Counted from the whole stretch's first letter, positions 34,272 to 47,100 are shown. The stretch: DNA of 58,114 nucleotides, filler included, from Circinaria calcarea (GCA_051942165.1; 3 parts of 3 records of this genome joined end to end with filler, not necessarily neighbours in it), one strand, 5' to 3'. Notes: generated by a model from the letters alone, not told the origin. Numbers and translations: made by a program.

Positions 34272-36619
34272 CTAATACACCCCAAATAATTTCAACACGC
34301 CTTCTTTCTCCTCTTTCGACATCCGAAGTAGTGCCGCCTCATCGAACACGGTCCCACTACTTTTTAGTAGTTCTATTAAACGACAAGTCTCTTCGCGATC
34401 CCTCTTATACAATGCTGCAGCCAGAAGACCGTTTTCATCGGACACCAGGGCATTCGATTCCCCAGTCCCCATCCCGAGGTTGGGCACCCCAGTACTAGAG
34501 CCATACCGTCCTTCACCTAACATGAAGGTGGCTTTCAACTGCATATCGTAGGTATATATTTCGGCGGTACGTTCATGAGGATCTATTGCAATTTGCATAA
34601 TATGAGATTGGAGCTCGCTGTCTATAATCCAGTTAAATTTAGGTTAGCTAAATGTAAGCTAGATAGAATGGACGGAGTTTACCTTGAATCTCGAGGTTTC
34701 GAAGCTTAGGTTTAGGACAGAAACTGAGGACGATATAATCGTCAAGGATGTTCCATGTTCTGTATTTACCTTCTGGTCCAAACCGAGCCGCATGCTCCAT
34801 AATTTGTGCCTTGCTTCCAGACTGAAGGATTTCGACACCCCATTTTTTGTCGAAAATATAGAAGTCAACCCCTCCATTCGAGGAATGGGCATACTCGGAT
34901 AGGATGGGCAGGTGGTTAAGCTCGCGATGAAGGCAACGATATATCTCATCCTGGAATGCTGCCTCGGGAATGCTCCAACGATTACTGGATCGGCTTTGTA
35001 TGGCAGACGGACTTATCCCTTCGATCGCATTCAGGCATACCTGTAAGAGCGTGCGGCCATCAGGTGCTGCGTCTGGGTCGGGACCTGGTAAGAGGCGCAT
35101 ATGCGCAACTCTACAATAACGTTTAGCATCACCATCATCTTACGGATTGTCATTGTGTACCTTCGATGGATTGGAGACGCAAATACGTATGTAATTTTTC
35201 TTTGATCAAGCCCAGCCGACGGTTCTGTATGGAGAAATCCCATTTTGTGACAAAATGCAAATGCATCAAAACCTGTCTGTAAATGGGTGCAGCCGTCGCG
35301 TTTCATCGCTGTATGTAACATGACTCTGAAAATGTCTGAAAACTTAATATCGCCATAGTCTTTTGTCAACAAAGTATTTTGGCAGGATTTTTCGGCCCAC
35401 TCCGTCCAGACTCCTCTACCATAACGACCAAGCTCAGCCATGAACCCGGCTTGATCGGCAATGATCGCGTGACAAAGTTCGGGTGTCCATGTCTTTGAGA
35501 ATCGGACCTTGCTGTTCAGCTGTGAAAAGCTTGTCAGCACAAGATGATCATCAGGAATGATGATCAAATATTTACCTGAGGGAAGCGAGATTCAAAATGA
35601 CCGAGAAGCAATCCAATCATGCCGGGGTGACCACTAGTCGCTATATGCATGTACTCGCACACACTTCCCATGAGCTTGTACTTGTTGTCAAACGCCCACT
35701 TTTGGACAACGTCTTCAGTCTCTTTCGATGTGAATTGCATACATAATCCGCCCGTAACGGAAGGGAATAACCCAATCCGTTGGCTCTGATCAATCCTAAT
35801 GGCTTCGGATTGAATGTTCTCATTCGGTCCTGCCAGTAGTTCGGTAGTAGATCCATAGACACACACCAATATATATAATGATCGTGATCTGGTGAACATG
35901 TTCTTCAGCTGGCGAGACCAAAAGTCAGGCTCAAGATAAGAATTCTGCGCTTCGTCGATGAGATATATCAGCTTTGCATTTGGATTGTGGTCTCGGTATT
36001 TAGCGTTGATTTTCCGCCAATGCTTTGCTTTCTCGTCGAGATAGTCCTGATAAGGAAGGCCATTCCGCTTTTCTGCGCTTTCCCATTGGATCCAGATTGG
36101 CTCTAAAGAGGGATACTCCGCCAGAATATGTCGACCTAGCAGTATAAGCAGTGTCGATTTTCCGACTTGTGGAGTGGCACGGATGACTAATACTCCTTTC
36201 TCTAGCACAAGTCTAATGGTAGCAGCAACAAGTTCTTCTCTCTGACTTATGTAGGAACACTCCGGATTCCATGCCATGTTAGAAAATGGAAGTTCATGTT
36301 CACTCATATCGTGCTCACAAAACATGCACAAATCAATCGGTGGAGTGAAAACACCTTGAGGACAGGAACAACTTCGGCAAGGCCAATGAACGATCGCGTT
36401 GTCGGGGAGTACTCGAGCCGACTTTTCCGATAGAGCTGATGCGAGGTAAGAAGGCTCCTTCGCCTTGCGGGAACTGGGAGCGGGAAGCTGTCGCGTCGGT
36501 TGCCTTGGATTGCTCGCAAACGGGGAAGATCCGGTGTTAGAGGACTCTCGTATTGACACCTCCGGCGGGGAGGTAGAGCTAGAAGCCTTCGCTGCTTTGG
36601 ATTTGGTAGTAGGAGGCAT
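34272..36619 (-). CDS. Crinkler-type (CR) protein: Cys/His header + P-loop NTPase + restriction-endonuclease-like domain, ~726 aa; exons 36619..35576, 35519..35161, 35110..34683, 34621..34272
   Basis: Three canonical introns fuse four track ORFs into one frame. Walker A IRATPQVGKST, Walker B LIYLIDEAQ, TSGHPG, FASPIHRR, then PEAAFQDEIYRCL...ILSEY...GGVDFYI...WGVEIL...EHAARF...GKY. Confidence 0.75.
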
Positions 36620-37239
36620 GATGCGGAAGTTGAGTTGGTGATAAATAATTAATGTAGATAGGGAGAAGATTCTAGTCTTGAGGAGAAGTGCATTTCTTCT
36701 TCGTTGTGCTTCTTTGTTTAACCATCTTGCATGCACGACAGTTCATACTTCCCGAAACAACGTGTGCTTTTCTTTGTATTTCTTCCGTACGACATGTCGT
36801 GTTCCGGGAACTACCAATTTCAGCGTAGATGCCTAGAATGTGATGCTTTATACATGCGTTACTGACATTCCACATCAATGAAGAGCATGTTGCATTAGTA
36901 TAGAGAATGCAAACAAAGAACTAAGCATACGAATAGTAGCCCACGCGGTTTGATCGAATAATTAAAAACGACTTTCCGTACGACAAATCCGTTTCTTCAC
37001 TGATTCTCTTATAGAAAAAGTCATTTTCTTCTGTGAATGTGCCCGAATTTGTTTTGCTCGAGCAGCATAAGCCTATTGGGCAGCAGGGAGGTTCTTATTT
37101 AAGAGCCACATGGGGTACAATTATTTGAATGGAATGCGATCGTACTAGAGATTAGGCATTGCTGTGACAACAATGCTTCGGCCCTGGTTTATTCCTCAAG
37201 AAAGTGCTTCGAACGCTCAACTCCCTCCTCGAAGCCCCG

Positions 37240-37510
37240 TGTCTAAGGGGGTCGTCGCTTAAGCTCCGGGGGAGGTTTCTCGCCCGGTAAAATACCAAGC
37301 GAATTATTACCCCAATCCATAATAATTAAGCGTATTCGGCTCCTCCGGGATTATACCTTCTATCTACGGAGGCTATATTGCCTAATACTCGCGCTCTTGC
37401 CCTATTTTTCTGCTTAAAACTCGTGCCTTTACTTCCGCTTAACGCTCGCGCCTCTGCCTCCGCTTATTGAAAACCGGACCAGCCAAAAACAAGCGAGTAT
37501 TATAACTGAA
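37240..37510. mobile_element. RIP-like degenerate repeat remnant
   Basis: Hand count over 37321-37470 gives 0 CpA and ~16 TpA in 150 nt. The minus strand gives a charged reading frame broken by TAA/TAG stops. Confidence 0.35.
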
Positions 37511-38288
37511 GCGCATGGAGAAGATGTCAGGGAAACAGCGTTAATTGAACACGCCTTTCGTTCCATATCTCAGCGATCTCCCGAGCATTCTTACACATAC
37601 ATTGCACTTTTACGCATACGTCACATACACGCAGTGTTTCATAGTATCAACATAATATTTCAGTAGCCCTTATCTATACATACATTCCGGTTATACCGTG
37701 TAGCCTGTTGAAGACGTGGCGCCCTCCCTGTAATGCACTCCTTTCTCCTGGCTTGGGGCGAATGCGCCTAGTATTTATTACGTACCGGGATGAAAGGTGA
37801 GGCCGTGGAAGATTTTTGTTGTCTTGGCGGTAGGACACGAAGAAGCACGACTACCTAGGTATCCTCCTGTGAAATACTGTCGACGGCTCTGGAATGAACT
37901 CTCCGTATCGCTTTGGTGCATTCGACTTTAATTTTATAATATGACGGGAGTGAAATAATCTGGCATGTTCAGTCAAACACAAAGTCGGGGGCCTATTTGA
38001 CCCAAACGAATTTACAAACGCCAGCACAAGTCGAAGGACGGAACGGTAGGGTACGAGAGATAGTACAGATGCCAAGTAACAGAGGGCCAACAAGTGCAAG
38101 ATATGTAGTTGGCTAAATCGTAGGCACTATCTACTAACAGCGCATGTCTGTTTGCGGTAGCAATTCCTCAGCCTTACCGAGATGAGCCAACGGCGTGCAA
38201 TTCCTGGGGTGAACGAATCCTTTAACCTGAGCATGGATGATTACAACCTTAGGCACTTCTTTCCTAGACAAGCGCGTGCGTAGCACCG

Positions 38289-38756
38289 ATGCCGTCGCGG
38301 AGCTCAGGCGACTACTTGAGCAATGCCATTTTACAGTCGGTAGAAGATGGGCGGTACCCAGAAGATGAGGGCGTCATTTCGGCAGAGCTCCTACCGCCGG
38401 CGTTGACAGGACTATTAGATTTACTTGAACAGGCTCGTGCTGATGTCAAAGTAAGGGACCTCGATTTTTCTCCAAGCCCTGGCTGATTGAAAATCCTAGG
38501 CAAGCATACGGGAGCTCAGTAAGATAAGTGCACCAGACATCGATGGTTGGATATCGCAAGCCAAGCGGCTTCGTCATGACATTGAGGACTCTCAGCAACT
38601 TTCTCATGGGATAATAGCACAAGCAGATGAGGGATCACAGCTTCAGGTTGTAGTGGATGATGGGGCGGCAAAAGTCGGTTTGCTTAATGGCGAGGTTGCA
38701 TTCAACGAAGCTTTAGCTAGCACCCTCCAGGAAATCAAGGAGCTACAATCTACCTT
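38289..38756 (+). CDS. ZW10/Dsl1-like tethering/kinetochore protein, 5' part only (gap-truncated); exons 38289..38450, 38500..>38756
   Basis: MPSRSSGDYLSNAILQSVEDGRYPEDEGVISAEL...ARADVK|ASIRELSKISAPDIDGWISQAKRLRHDIEDSQ...EVAFNEAL resembles the N-terminus of filamentous-fungal ZW10 homologues; canonical intron at 38451-38499. Confidence 0.65.
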
Positions 38757-38856
38757 NNNNNNNNNNNNNNNNNNNNNNNNNNNNNNNNNNNNNNNNNNNN
38801 TTAATTAATTAANNNNNNNNNNNNNNNNNNNNNNNNNNNNNNNNNNNNNNNNNNNN
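38757..38856. other. Artificial contig linker / assembly gap (N44-TTAATTAATTAA-N44)
   Basis: Same 100-nt structure as 19376-19475. Confidence 0.97.
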
Positions 38857-39240
38857 TGGGGAAGTAAGGGGGTTTGGGGGATATCTACTGTATGTGATGA
38901 AGCGGGACTTACTCCATGGGCACACCTGTCAGCGCGATATTTACAAGGTAGATTTACAAGGATAGAACGAACTCGAGTTTGGGAAAATAATCTCAAACCA
39001 TCAGATTGCAAAAGGGTGCAATTCTTCTCTATATACTCCCGTCTAGCAAGCAGTTCATAGAGAAAACCGGCTTTAGCCCATCGTTCTCGTTCTCAGAACG
39101 AGTGTCACAGCAGCAAAAACAGTTTTTTAAGAGAAGAAGAAGAAGATTTTAGTGTCTTCTTCGGAGAATTTTACATGTGGAGAAAAAAAAAGCCGCTCTT
39201 CATCCTCGCATGCGGTTGGAAAAGCAAATGCAAAAAAACA

Positions 39241-41864
39241 TCAGGACCCTGATTTCTCTTGCCGGAAGGCTGTAGCCTGGGGCCATCGCTTCGTCGCTGC
39301 AGCCATGTAGTCCTCTACATCTCCGTCCCATTCCCGTATCAGCTCCAGCCCTGCAATGGCATCTTCGAGCGACAGATCCTTTTTGTCCAACTGTTCCAGC
39401 AGCAATTTCTGGTTCTCCTCTCTGCTGTTCGGTTCGAGGTACTGTCGTGCTTGTAGCCCTGCGCAGAGGCTGGACCAGTCATCCTTATGCTCGGCCAGGA
39501 AATCTTCATTGAATTTTCGGAGGTCAGGGTTCGGAGATGGAAAGAGGGGGGTGAGCTCAGCCGTGATGATTTCGGCAATCTTGGGTGGGAGAGGTGATGA
39601 GAGGGTCGAAAGTGTTTGTTGGAGGCGGACAAGGCGGTAATGTGTAGCAGGGTTGGAAGGAGAGAGAGCATGTGCGGCCAGGAGGCATCGCAGGGCAAGG
39701 AGGTACTTTTCTATAGTGGGTCAGCATATCATCATCTCCTCAACCGCTATAGTACTTACTTCGCCGGAGGAAGACTTCAAAGCCCATATTCTGGACTCTT
39801 ATATCCTTGGGACTAGATTCTAGTAATGGCGTCAGAAACTTCATCGCATCTTTCAGCGGCTCCGAAGTCTGTACTAGTGCTGCGCCTTGCGGATCTTTGT
39901 CGACTTTCGCAGGGTCAACCGTCTTATTTGATACACCTGCCGTCTTCTTCGCGTCGTTCTTCTCTGCATCGACCTGATCTTGCTTCTCTTGGGCCTTCCG
40001 CGCTTTCTTCAAGGCTTTCTTCCGCTCGGCTGAGTCCACTTCGTGATTACCGTTGATACCATTGGTCGAGGGTCCATTCGCGAGATGAGGCTTATCGTGA
40101 AGTAATATGTAGCATTTGACGGCTGACAAGGCAGCACGTGTGAAGAACGGATGTTCCCGAAGATGGTCTTCCCATCTAATCATATCAATGTAGGCTCTTA
40201 TCTGGGCTTTCCGTAGCGAAAAGCTATGAAAATCGAATTGATCTTCTTGCCACATTTCAAATATGCCGTTGATAGAAGTAAAGCGTTTCAGTGCAAGACC
40301 CAGTTTGCCTTGACGCAGAAAGGATTCTCCGTCTTCAGTGATATACCATATACACTGCATGTCGTGAAGATCTCCGAGCGGACCACCCGCAGCTTCATTT
40401 CTTGTAAACTTGCTCATTATGTTCAAAGCTGCCTCATTCTCATCATTCCGTATCTTGTACTTTGCGGCTCTGGTATTGATATATCGGTCCCTCTCATCCA
40501 GGGTGCGTGCCTTCTCCATCGTTTCAGATGCCCTTTCAATGCTACCATAGTGCTTATATATCCTGGCTTTCGTCATGTGGAGGTCGACCGAATCTGGAGA
40601 TAATTCTAGTGCTTCATTGATGTAATGCATTGCCTTTGTCAAATCCCGACTGAGATGGTAGTTGTAATGTTGGGCGAGGAAAAAGAGTGTAGAGGACTCG
40701 AATGGCGAAGTATTGCCGTTGATCTGTTTCTCGGTGTAACCATTGGCATAGGGTTTATGCGTACCAAAGGCATAACTCTCGACTAAATCCTGTATCGTCT
40801 GCCGCTTAGCGGAATCCGAATACAAAGCTTTGAGATTTGCAAATGTCGAGGGAACCCCTTTGTGAAGCATGCGTTGGAGATACTGATCTGCGGCTTCCCG
40901 GAAATCATCGCCGCTCAGATAGTCCAATGGTATCCTCCTGGCCGCGTCTCCTCTTGGATTCTTCGAGGCATATTCGTCAAAGAACTTTCTCACAGCTTCT
41001 GCGTCGTTTGTGTCCAACCCCACTGCCGTTTGCAAACCTTCGTAATATGATCGATATTCTGCGTTACGGTCAAGTAATGCCCGATAGGCTTTCTCTGCTT
41101 CCTTTTTCCTTTCCAGCTTTAGGAGATAACTTGCTCGCATCTCCATGATATTGGTCCGGTCCAGCATACCTTTCGACACCGCATCGAGGTGCTCCAAAGC
41201 CCTCTCCGTTTCTCCCATCTCGGCAATGATTGTGTTCTTGTAAAGGATAGCTTCCGCATGCTCGTTATCGGTCTTTGGTGGTGGACTCCTCAGGGTTTCC
41301 TCGTACGTGGTTAAAGTTTTCTCCGCATCTACCAGATCACCCGCTAGATGCTGTGCTATGGCAAGCGCAGTCCAGTTTGATCTTAATCCAGACCGAGCGC
41401 TCAGCATTGCTCGTCGACTTTGCACGTAGCCTTCGTAATCTCGCATCTGTATTTGTAGCAAAGCCAAGTCCCGCTGAATCTGCTGCGACTCTGGCTCTAG
41501 CCTTAGTGCAAATTTGTATGCCTTGATAGCCTCCTCGAAATTCTTCGCATGCCGGTACAGTAGCCCATAGACATGCCAGCAGATGTGTGATCTCATATCG
41601 CTCTTCAATGCTTCCTTGGCTAGCGCAAACGCTTCGTCCGAGTGTCCCTGGGCGTTGATGATAAGCGCTTTCATGGCCTGTGTGTCGCCATGATTAGGGA
41701 CTTTCCGCAGAATCTGTTCCGCGGCCTTGAGACCTGCCGTGTGTTAGGCATTGCCTTGATGTGAGACTGGGGACCATCATACCTTTCTTGTACTGCTTGT
41801 TGTCATAATTCTTCACTACCTGGGCAAAGAGGTTTCGCTCCTTCGAGCCCAATGGTTGTGGCAT
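39241..41864 (-). CDS. NAT1: NatA N-terminal acetyltransferase auxiliary subunit (Nat1/NAA15), TPR-rich; exons 41864..41783, 41733..39760, 39710..39241
   Basis: MPQPLGSKERNLFAQVVKNYDNKQYKKGLKAAEQILRKVPNHGDTQAMKAL...SHICWHVYGLLYR...EDQFDFHSFSLRKAQIRAYIDMIRWEDHLREHPFF...KYLLALRCL; two canonical introns. Confidence 0.95.
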
Positions 41865-42720
41865 CTTACCAAAATGGTAGACTCAATCCTTGAAACGGTC
41901 GAGGACGCTGGATATGGATGGTATCGCCCAAACTGCGGAGCTCTGTAGCTTCAAGTCCAGCTCAGGGGACAGAAAATGAGCGCCCTCAATCTTCAGTCGC
42001 AAGAATAGCAATGGAGTTCAGGCTCCGATACATAGCGTTGAAGTTATCTTTAGCAGAGGTAAATGATGAGCTGGTTTGATTACAACCATCGGTTTCTGGT
42101 GTTAAAGAATACTCCAGTACTCTACTTGGACTGGTGTAGACCTTGACTAATCTATGCTAGAGGATGACTTTGCAGTACGGAGTAGATCCCAGTGACCTTC
42201 GGCTATTCTACAGTTATCAACCACAAGCTCCTCCCGCTATCTTCTGCAAAGCATGTCACGAATCATTCCACCATTTCCTGATCAATGCAGAATACATGCT
42301 GCACGTGTTGCACAATGTTCGAACTCCTTTAGCCTGCCCCATGACGCTCCAATCTATGACACAAACTAGTTTTGCAGGATCCATCCCCCCTCCCAGCAAG
42401 CCGAGTTTAAGTAGGCGGAGTATATCACCACGCTCGCGCTTCCTTCCAAAGTCGGTACTCTGCTGGATAACGGGAGCTGTGGTTAGATGCGAATCATGGC
42501 ATCGACTTATCGTTGACAGCTTGAAGGGCGGGGACTGCGAGGGTAAGGGGGTTGATCATTGACCTCTATCGCAGCATCGAAGACCCCCAAGTCGAGATGT
42601 GATACTAACATGGGGATGGAAACAGTAAACAGGTGGCAGTTCGAAATCTTATTGGGCAATCTGCCGCGAGATCCATGGTTCTCTTTACGCTCGTTATGTG
42701 CACTCATCCTATGTAGCCAA

Positions 42721-44157
42721 CTAGGCACGCTCAGAGACAGCCTCCACCCATCTTGCCACACGTTTCACAATCTCTACTTGATTCCTCTCCATGAAGCAGA
42801 AATGCCCGTTCCCGTGTATGCCCTCTTTCGCCAACTCTAAATGCTCAACGTCCAGCACTCCCGCTTGTCGCAGGTACTCCACTGTGACAAAGTCGTAGAC
42901 AGCGTGGTACCCAGATTCGCTGGTAACTACCATGATTGGAATCTGAGCAGGGTTGACGAGTTTCCGTGCGGGCTCCGCCTGTAACTTGTAATTCGCGAGT
43001 CCCGCTCTGCCGCTACTTGGGGAAAGGTCGATAGTTGAAGTGGGCAAGTCAGTGGTCGGGTCTACCACGGGGGGATCGTACGTGAGGGAAGTAGACGCAA
43101 TACCATAAGGTCTAGCAGGGCCTGTCCCTAGAAACTTGTTTTCGAAAGGTGGTCCACTTGGTTCAATTGCTAGGATACCTTTCACAAGAGCTGGTCGAGA
43201 GTCGGCGGTGACCCAGCCGTATGACCCGGATTGAGAATGTGTCACTAGTATTGACGGTCCTATGCGGTCGAGTAGGGAGGTTATAGCATGGCGGTTATTC
43301 TTCTCGGAGATCAGCTAGAGTCAGAGAGTCAGCGCTGAAGTGGTGCAGAAGTGAAAGACGATCGATATCAGGTGAACTGATATACTCAGAAACTGAGACG
43401 GGGCCTACCGGATCTTCCTGCTGGAGAACCTGAGAGGCATAGAAGGCATCGAAGATGGGATCTCCTTGTCGACCCGTCTGAGATCTTAGCTTAGTCACTT
43501 GTCAGCTCGGAAGTAAGATATACCCCAGGCCATTGAGTGTGAAGTTCCGCCTGAGGCCAGAGCTTGAAATGTTTGGTTGCCGTGAAATATCTCTCTGTGA
43601 ATTGGACCGAGACAACACCCATGCTATCGTTTACAGGTTTGATGGGGGAACGACCGCGCTCAGGCTGGTCGACGAGATAGACTGCATATCCACGTTCCAG
43701 AAACCAAGATGCCCACCCTTGCCGGCCGTCTGGAGTATTCAGCCAGTTCTAGTTCCATAAGTACCATCAGCTCGGGTAGTCAGGTTTATATACGCTACTA
43801 AGAAACTAAAGCACGGAGGGCTGCTCCTTACTGTTCCCGTCTGCGCACCTCCATGCACAAACACGAGTGGATGTTTCTGCTGTACCCCTTTAGAAGGTAA
43901 GAGCTGTTCAACGTACATCTGGCCCACCATGACAGTGGTGCCATTTCCTAAGCCGTCCTGACCAAGACGTGATTAGCAACAACGTTCGGTAGTCAGTACT
44001 CGCCTAGCCAGACTCCAATGTGTTAAAGGGCCCAATTATTGATGGTAACAAGCGTGCGTACATCTACATAGCTGCCGCCGACATAGAAGTAGCTCCGCCG
44101 TGCCAAAGCCTCGGGCGAAGAAGAGTCGTCATATGCAGTTTGTGACTTTAAGCCCAT
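42721..44157 (-). CDS. Alpha/beta-hydrolase (esterase/lipase-like), 5 exons
   Basis: Spliced: RRSYFYVGGSYVD|...MVGQMYVEQL...PLVFVHGGAQTGT|NWLNTPDGRQGWASWFLERGYAVYLVDQPERGRS...QWPG|TGRQGDPIFDAFYASQ...|LLDRIGPSILVTHSQSG (nucleophile elbow)...EPSGPP...GIHGNGHF. Confidence 0.85.
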
Positions 44158-47100
44158 GGAGTCTAGAAGACCGGTTGCATAGGAAGAAATCAGAATTCTG
44201 AATATAGCCTCGTCTTATGAAATGACTGACCATCCATGGCTGCTCAGTATTTTCGTTATGGTGTACACCGCGTTAGCTGTATCTCGTACTTAAGATCCCT
44301 GAGACAGACGGACTCGAGGAACGTAAACAGCACTTAACAAAATAGAGGAACCAAGTTCCACATGTACAAGTAAAGACTGGGAAATAGATGAAAATGGGGT
44401 GAAGGGATTTTCCATGGCTGAGAGTGAGGCTCAAGATACAGGTTAAATTCTTACTCATCCAATTCTTACTATACGATCTTATTCGTATTATCAGATCGGC
44501 AAAAAGGCTCTTGGTAGCCAACCCTTACAAAAACCATGGAGTTCAGATCTTTAATGCCGAATTAAAGATCTATCGAAACCGTTTAGTTTTCTGATCAAAG
44601 GCGACTGTGTATGAGGAGCCATTATTTGGGATTAAATGCCTATTCCACCTTAGGATGCCAGAAGTGCGAGAAAGTCGTTTGAGAGAGGCGGAAACTACAT
44701 AGTATTTGAAGGTAAAGGGGGGGAGTTCCTTGTAGCAATACCGCACTACCAGATACCCATTATATACGGTAGCTTAGTTGAGCCAGACAGAGTGCACTCT
44801 CATACAGTTCAGGGATGACGAAAGCTCATCTAGTACTTTCCCGGTGCATACATATGATGGCGGATGACAGTCGCCCATGGCCTTCTGCTGCTGTTAATGC
44901 ATCTGTTGCGTTTAATGTCAGCAAGCGCAGTGTGCCGTTTCTACATGATAGCTGACTCAGGACGCAGAGAGAGCAACTGCGAGGGGCTCGGGCTTTATTG
45001 CAGGGTAATAATTTTCAAAGAATGCATCAGCGGAAACGCTCAAGAGGGCAGGAAGGGAAGTTGGGATCATAGATTGCTTTCAGCCGCAGCGAAAGCGTCT
45101 GTTGATTGGAATAGATTAGGTTTGAGGTGTGGTGCCATAACAGAGACAGACTTCTCATCGCCAGCCAAAGTCGTGTAGATTATAGACCGTTAGGTAAAAA
45201 GTATATTCTATGATCGAAAGTATCTGTGGTCGATTAGTAGTAGGTCTTGCTCCTCTGGCCATCATGCATCCCCTAGTTCGGAATACGCCTAATAGGACGC
45301 TTCACGGGGTAAAATATCCCCAGCATGGCTGACGATCAGCATATTGGCCCTTACTTTCATCACTTGAATTGGTTTCGGGCTCTTCTTTACTAGAGCAAGG
45401 CCGAGTAATGTAAGTCTAGGTTTTGAAAGTTAAATTGAGACCGCTTACCAGTTGCAGCACGAATCGAATCACCAGTGACATCTCCTTACCTCTAATAACA
45501 ATTTCTCAACTTGCCAGCGATGATCTCACCATTCGCAGGTCATGGTCGCTTGCTACAACAGCTCTATGAATACTTGGTAACCAATTACCAAGGAGTAGAG
45601 TTATCGTGAAGCAGGAGCAGAATTCGTCATCTCGCACGGAAATTTACAATTTGGAATACTAAAACAGCAGCTTGTCCATACCTATCGTATACCCTCACGG
45701 TTGTAGGTATCAGCTGGTAGGTATGCAGATTGCTCGTAGGAAATGGAGAACCTTACATAATCATGATGATCGGTCATCGGTCGGAAGTAAGTCTTTAACT
45801 TATGATGCGGAGTTTTGATTGCCGTAAAGGCATGCCAATGACTTGTAAGTACTGGGTTAGGTTATCGAGCAGGCAAGCATGCAAGGGTCCAGACTTTCTT
45901 TACTGAATCTTATGTATTACCGTCTGAAAGGCGACACTGTGAGCCGTGGAGAACCCTTGCACGGTCCAAGGGGATATACGCCTTTATGTACGATCTGTTG
46001 CTCCAGGAGTTAACCGTACTCGATTGCATTGGCATTGAGATAGCACGATCGTAAGGGCTCAATAGATTCAGTCGTCCTTGGGGACAGCCAGGTAGATGCA
46101 AGCGCGTATACTGAGAATGAGACAAGGAATAGCAGCATTCCCCTAATGCAACCCGTCTATTCATGCCGTGGAAGCTTACAAACTCCGTGATCATAGCCTA
46201 GCGACGGGTAATGGGATGCCGTTCGCGTTCATCCCTCGTTTCGGTCGTGTACAAATGGAAGAAAAGACCAGCCATCTACCATTGAGCTTCGTAAGGCAAG
46301 TTGATGGTCCATCACATATACAGGTTTCAGGCAATCCGGAGCATCCGACTTAGGTTAGTTATCAGGGAAGATGGCGCGGTATACTGCTTGACCATGGGTG
46401 TTCCTTACATGGCGTGATCCCGCTAACCTTGACGTTATCCGAAGCTTCTATCTCCAATGAGTGGGCAACCGCTTAGGCACCAAAACGTGGAACACTCACG
46501 TCTCGTCGATCTTGTAGCCCGTACCGCTGCACGTAGCCGGCCGAAGCTGGGGTTATAGTAGTACCGTACGAGCTTCTATAGAGGAAACGCTGTTCAGGGT
46601 GCTTCGGATAGAATGATCCCTGGTAGAGGTTCATTCCCATAATGTACTTTTCCACCAAGGATATCTTGCACGATACTTCGAGAAGGGTACCTCATGCCGC
46701 GGATACATTAGACGCCGTCACTCAATGATCACAACGGCACGAATGAAACCTGAAACAGCGATAGATCTCGTTCCGCCAAGGTAGCCAAGGAGGAACTTCT
46801 CTAATTCGCAGTTTGCACATCCTAGACCGCTCGCGCGTCCGTCATATACTATTGCAAGGTATTGCTCTTGTGCAGACTCTAACCGGTACTACCCGTAGAT
46901 AAGTAGGAGGTCTCCGGACCGTCATTGTATTTCTTGTCGACTCCTGAAGGTAGCTGCCTGACTCATGGTTTGAGCAGAAGGTTCCTTCATTTCGCATCTA
47001 ACCACCCACTCTCGGGCCAATGATAAGCTGATAGTCGATCTGTTACAGGCTCCAGGACAATCGACTCCACGGAGCTGCACATGGTCCATATCCGCAGGCT

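Noticed and set aside
39060..39240. Hairpins (CTCGTTCTCAGAACGAG; GAAGAAGA...TCTTCTTC) and A-runs suggesting an snRNA/snoRNA
   Set aside because: No snRNA or snoRNA box motifs recognised; best explained as the NAT1 3' UTR/terminator region.
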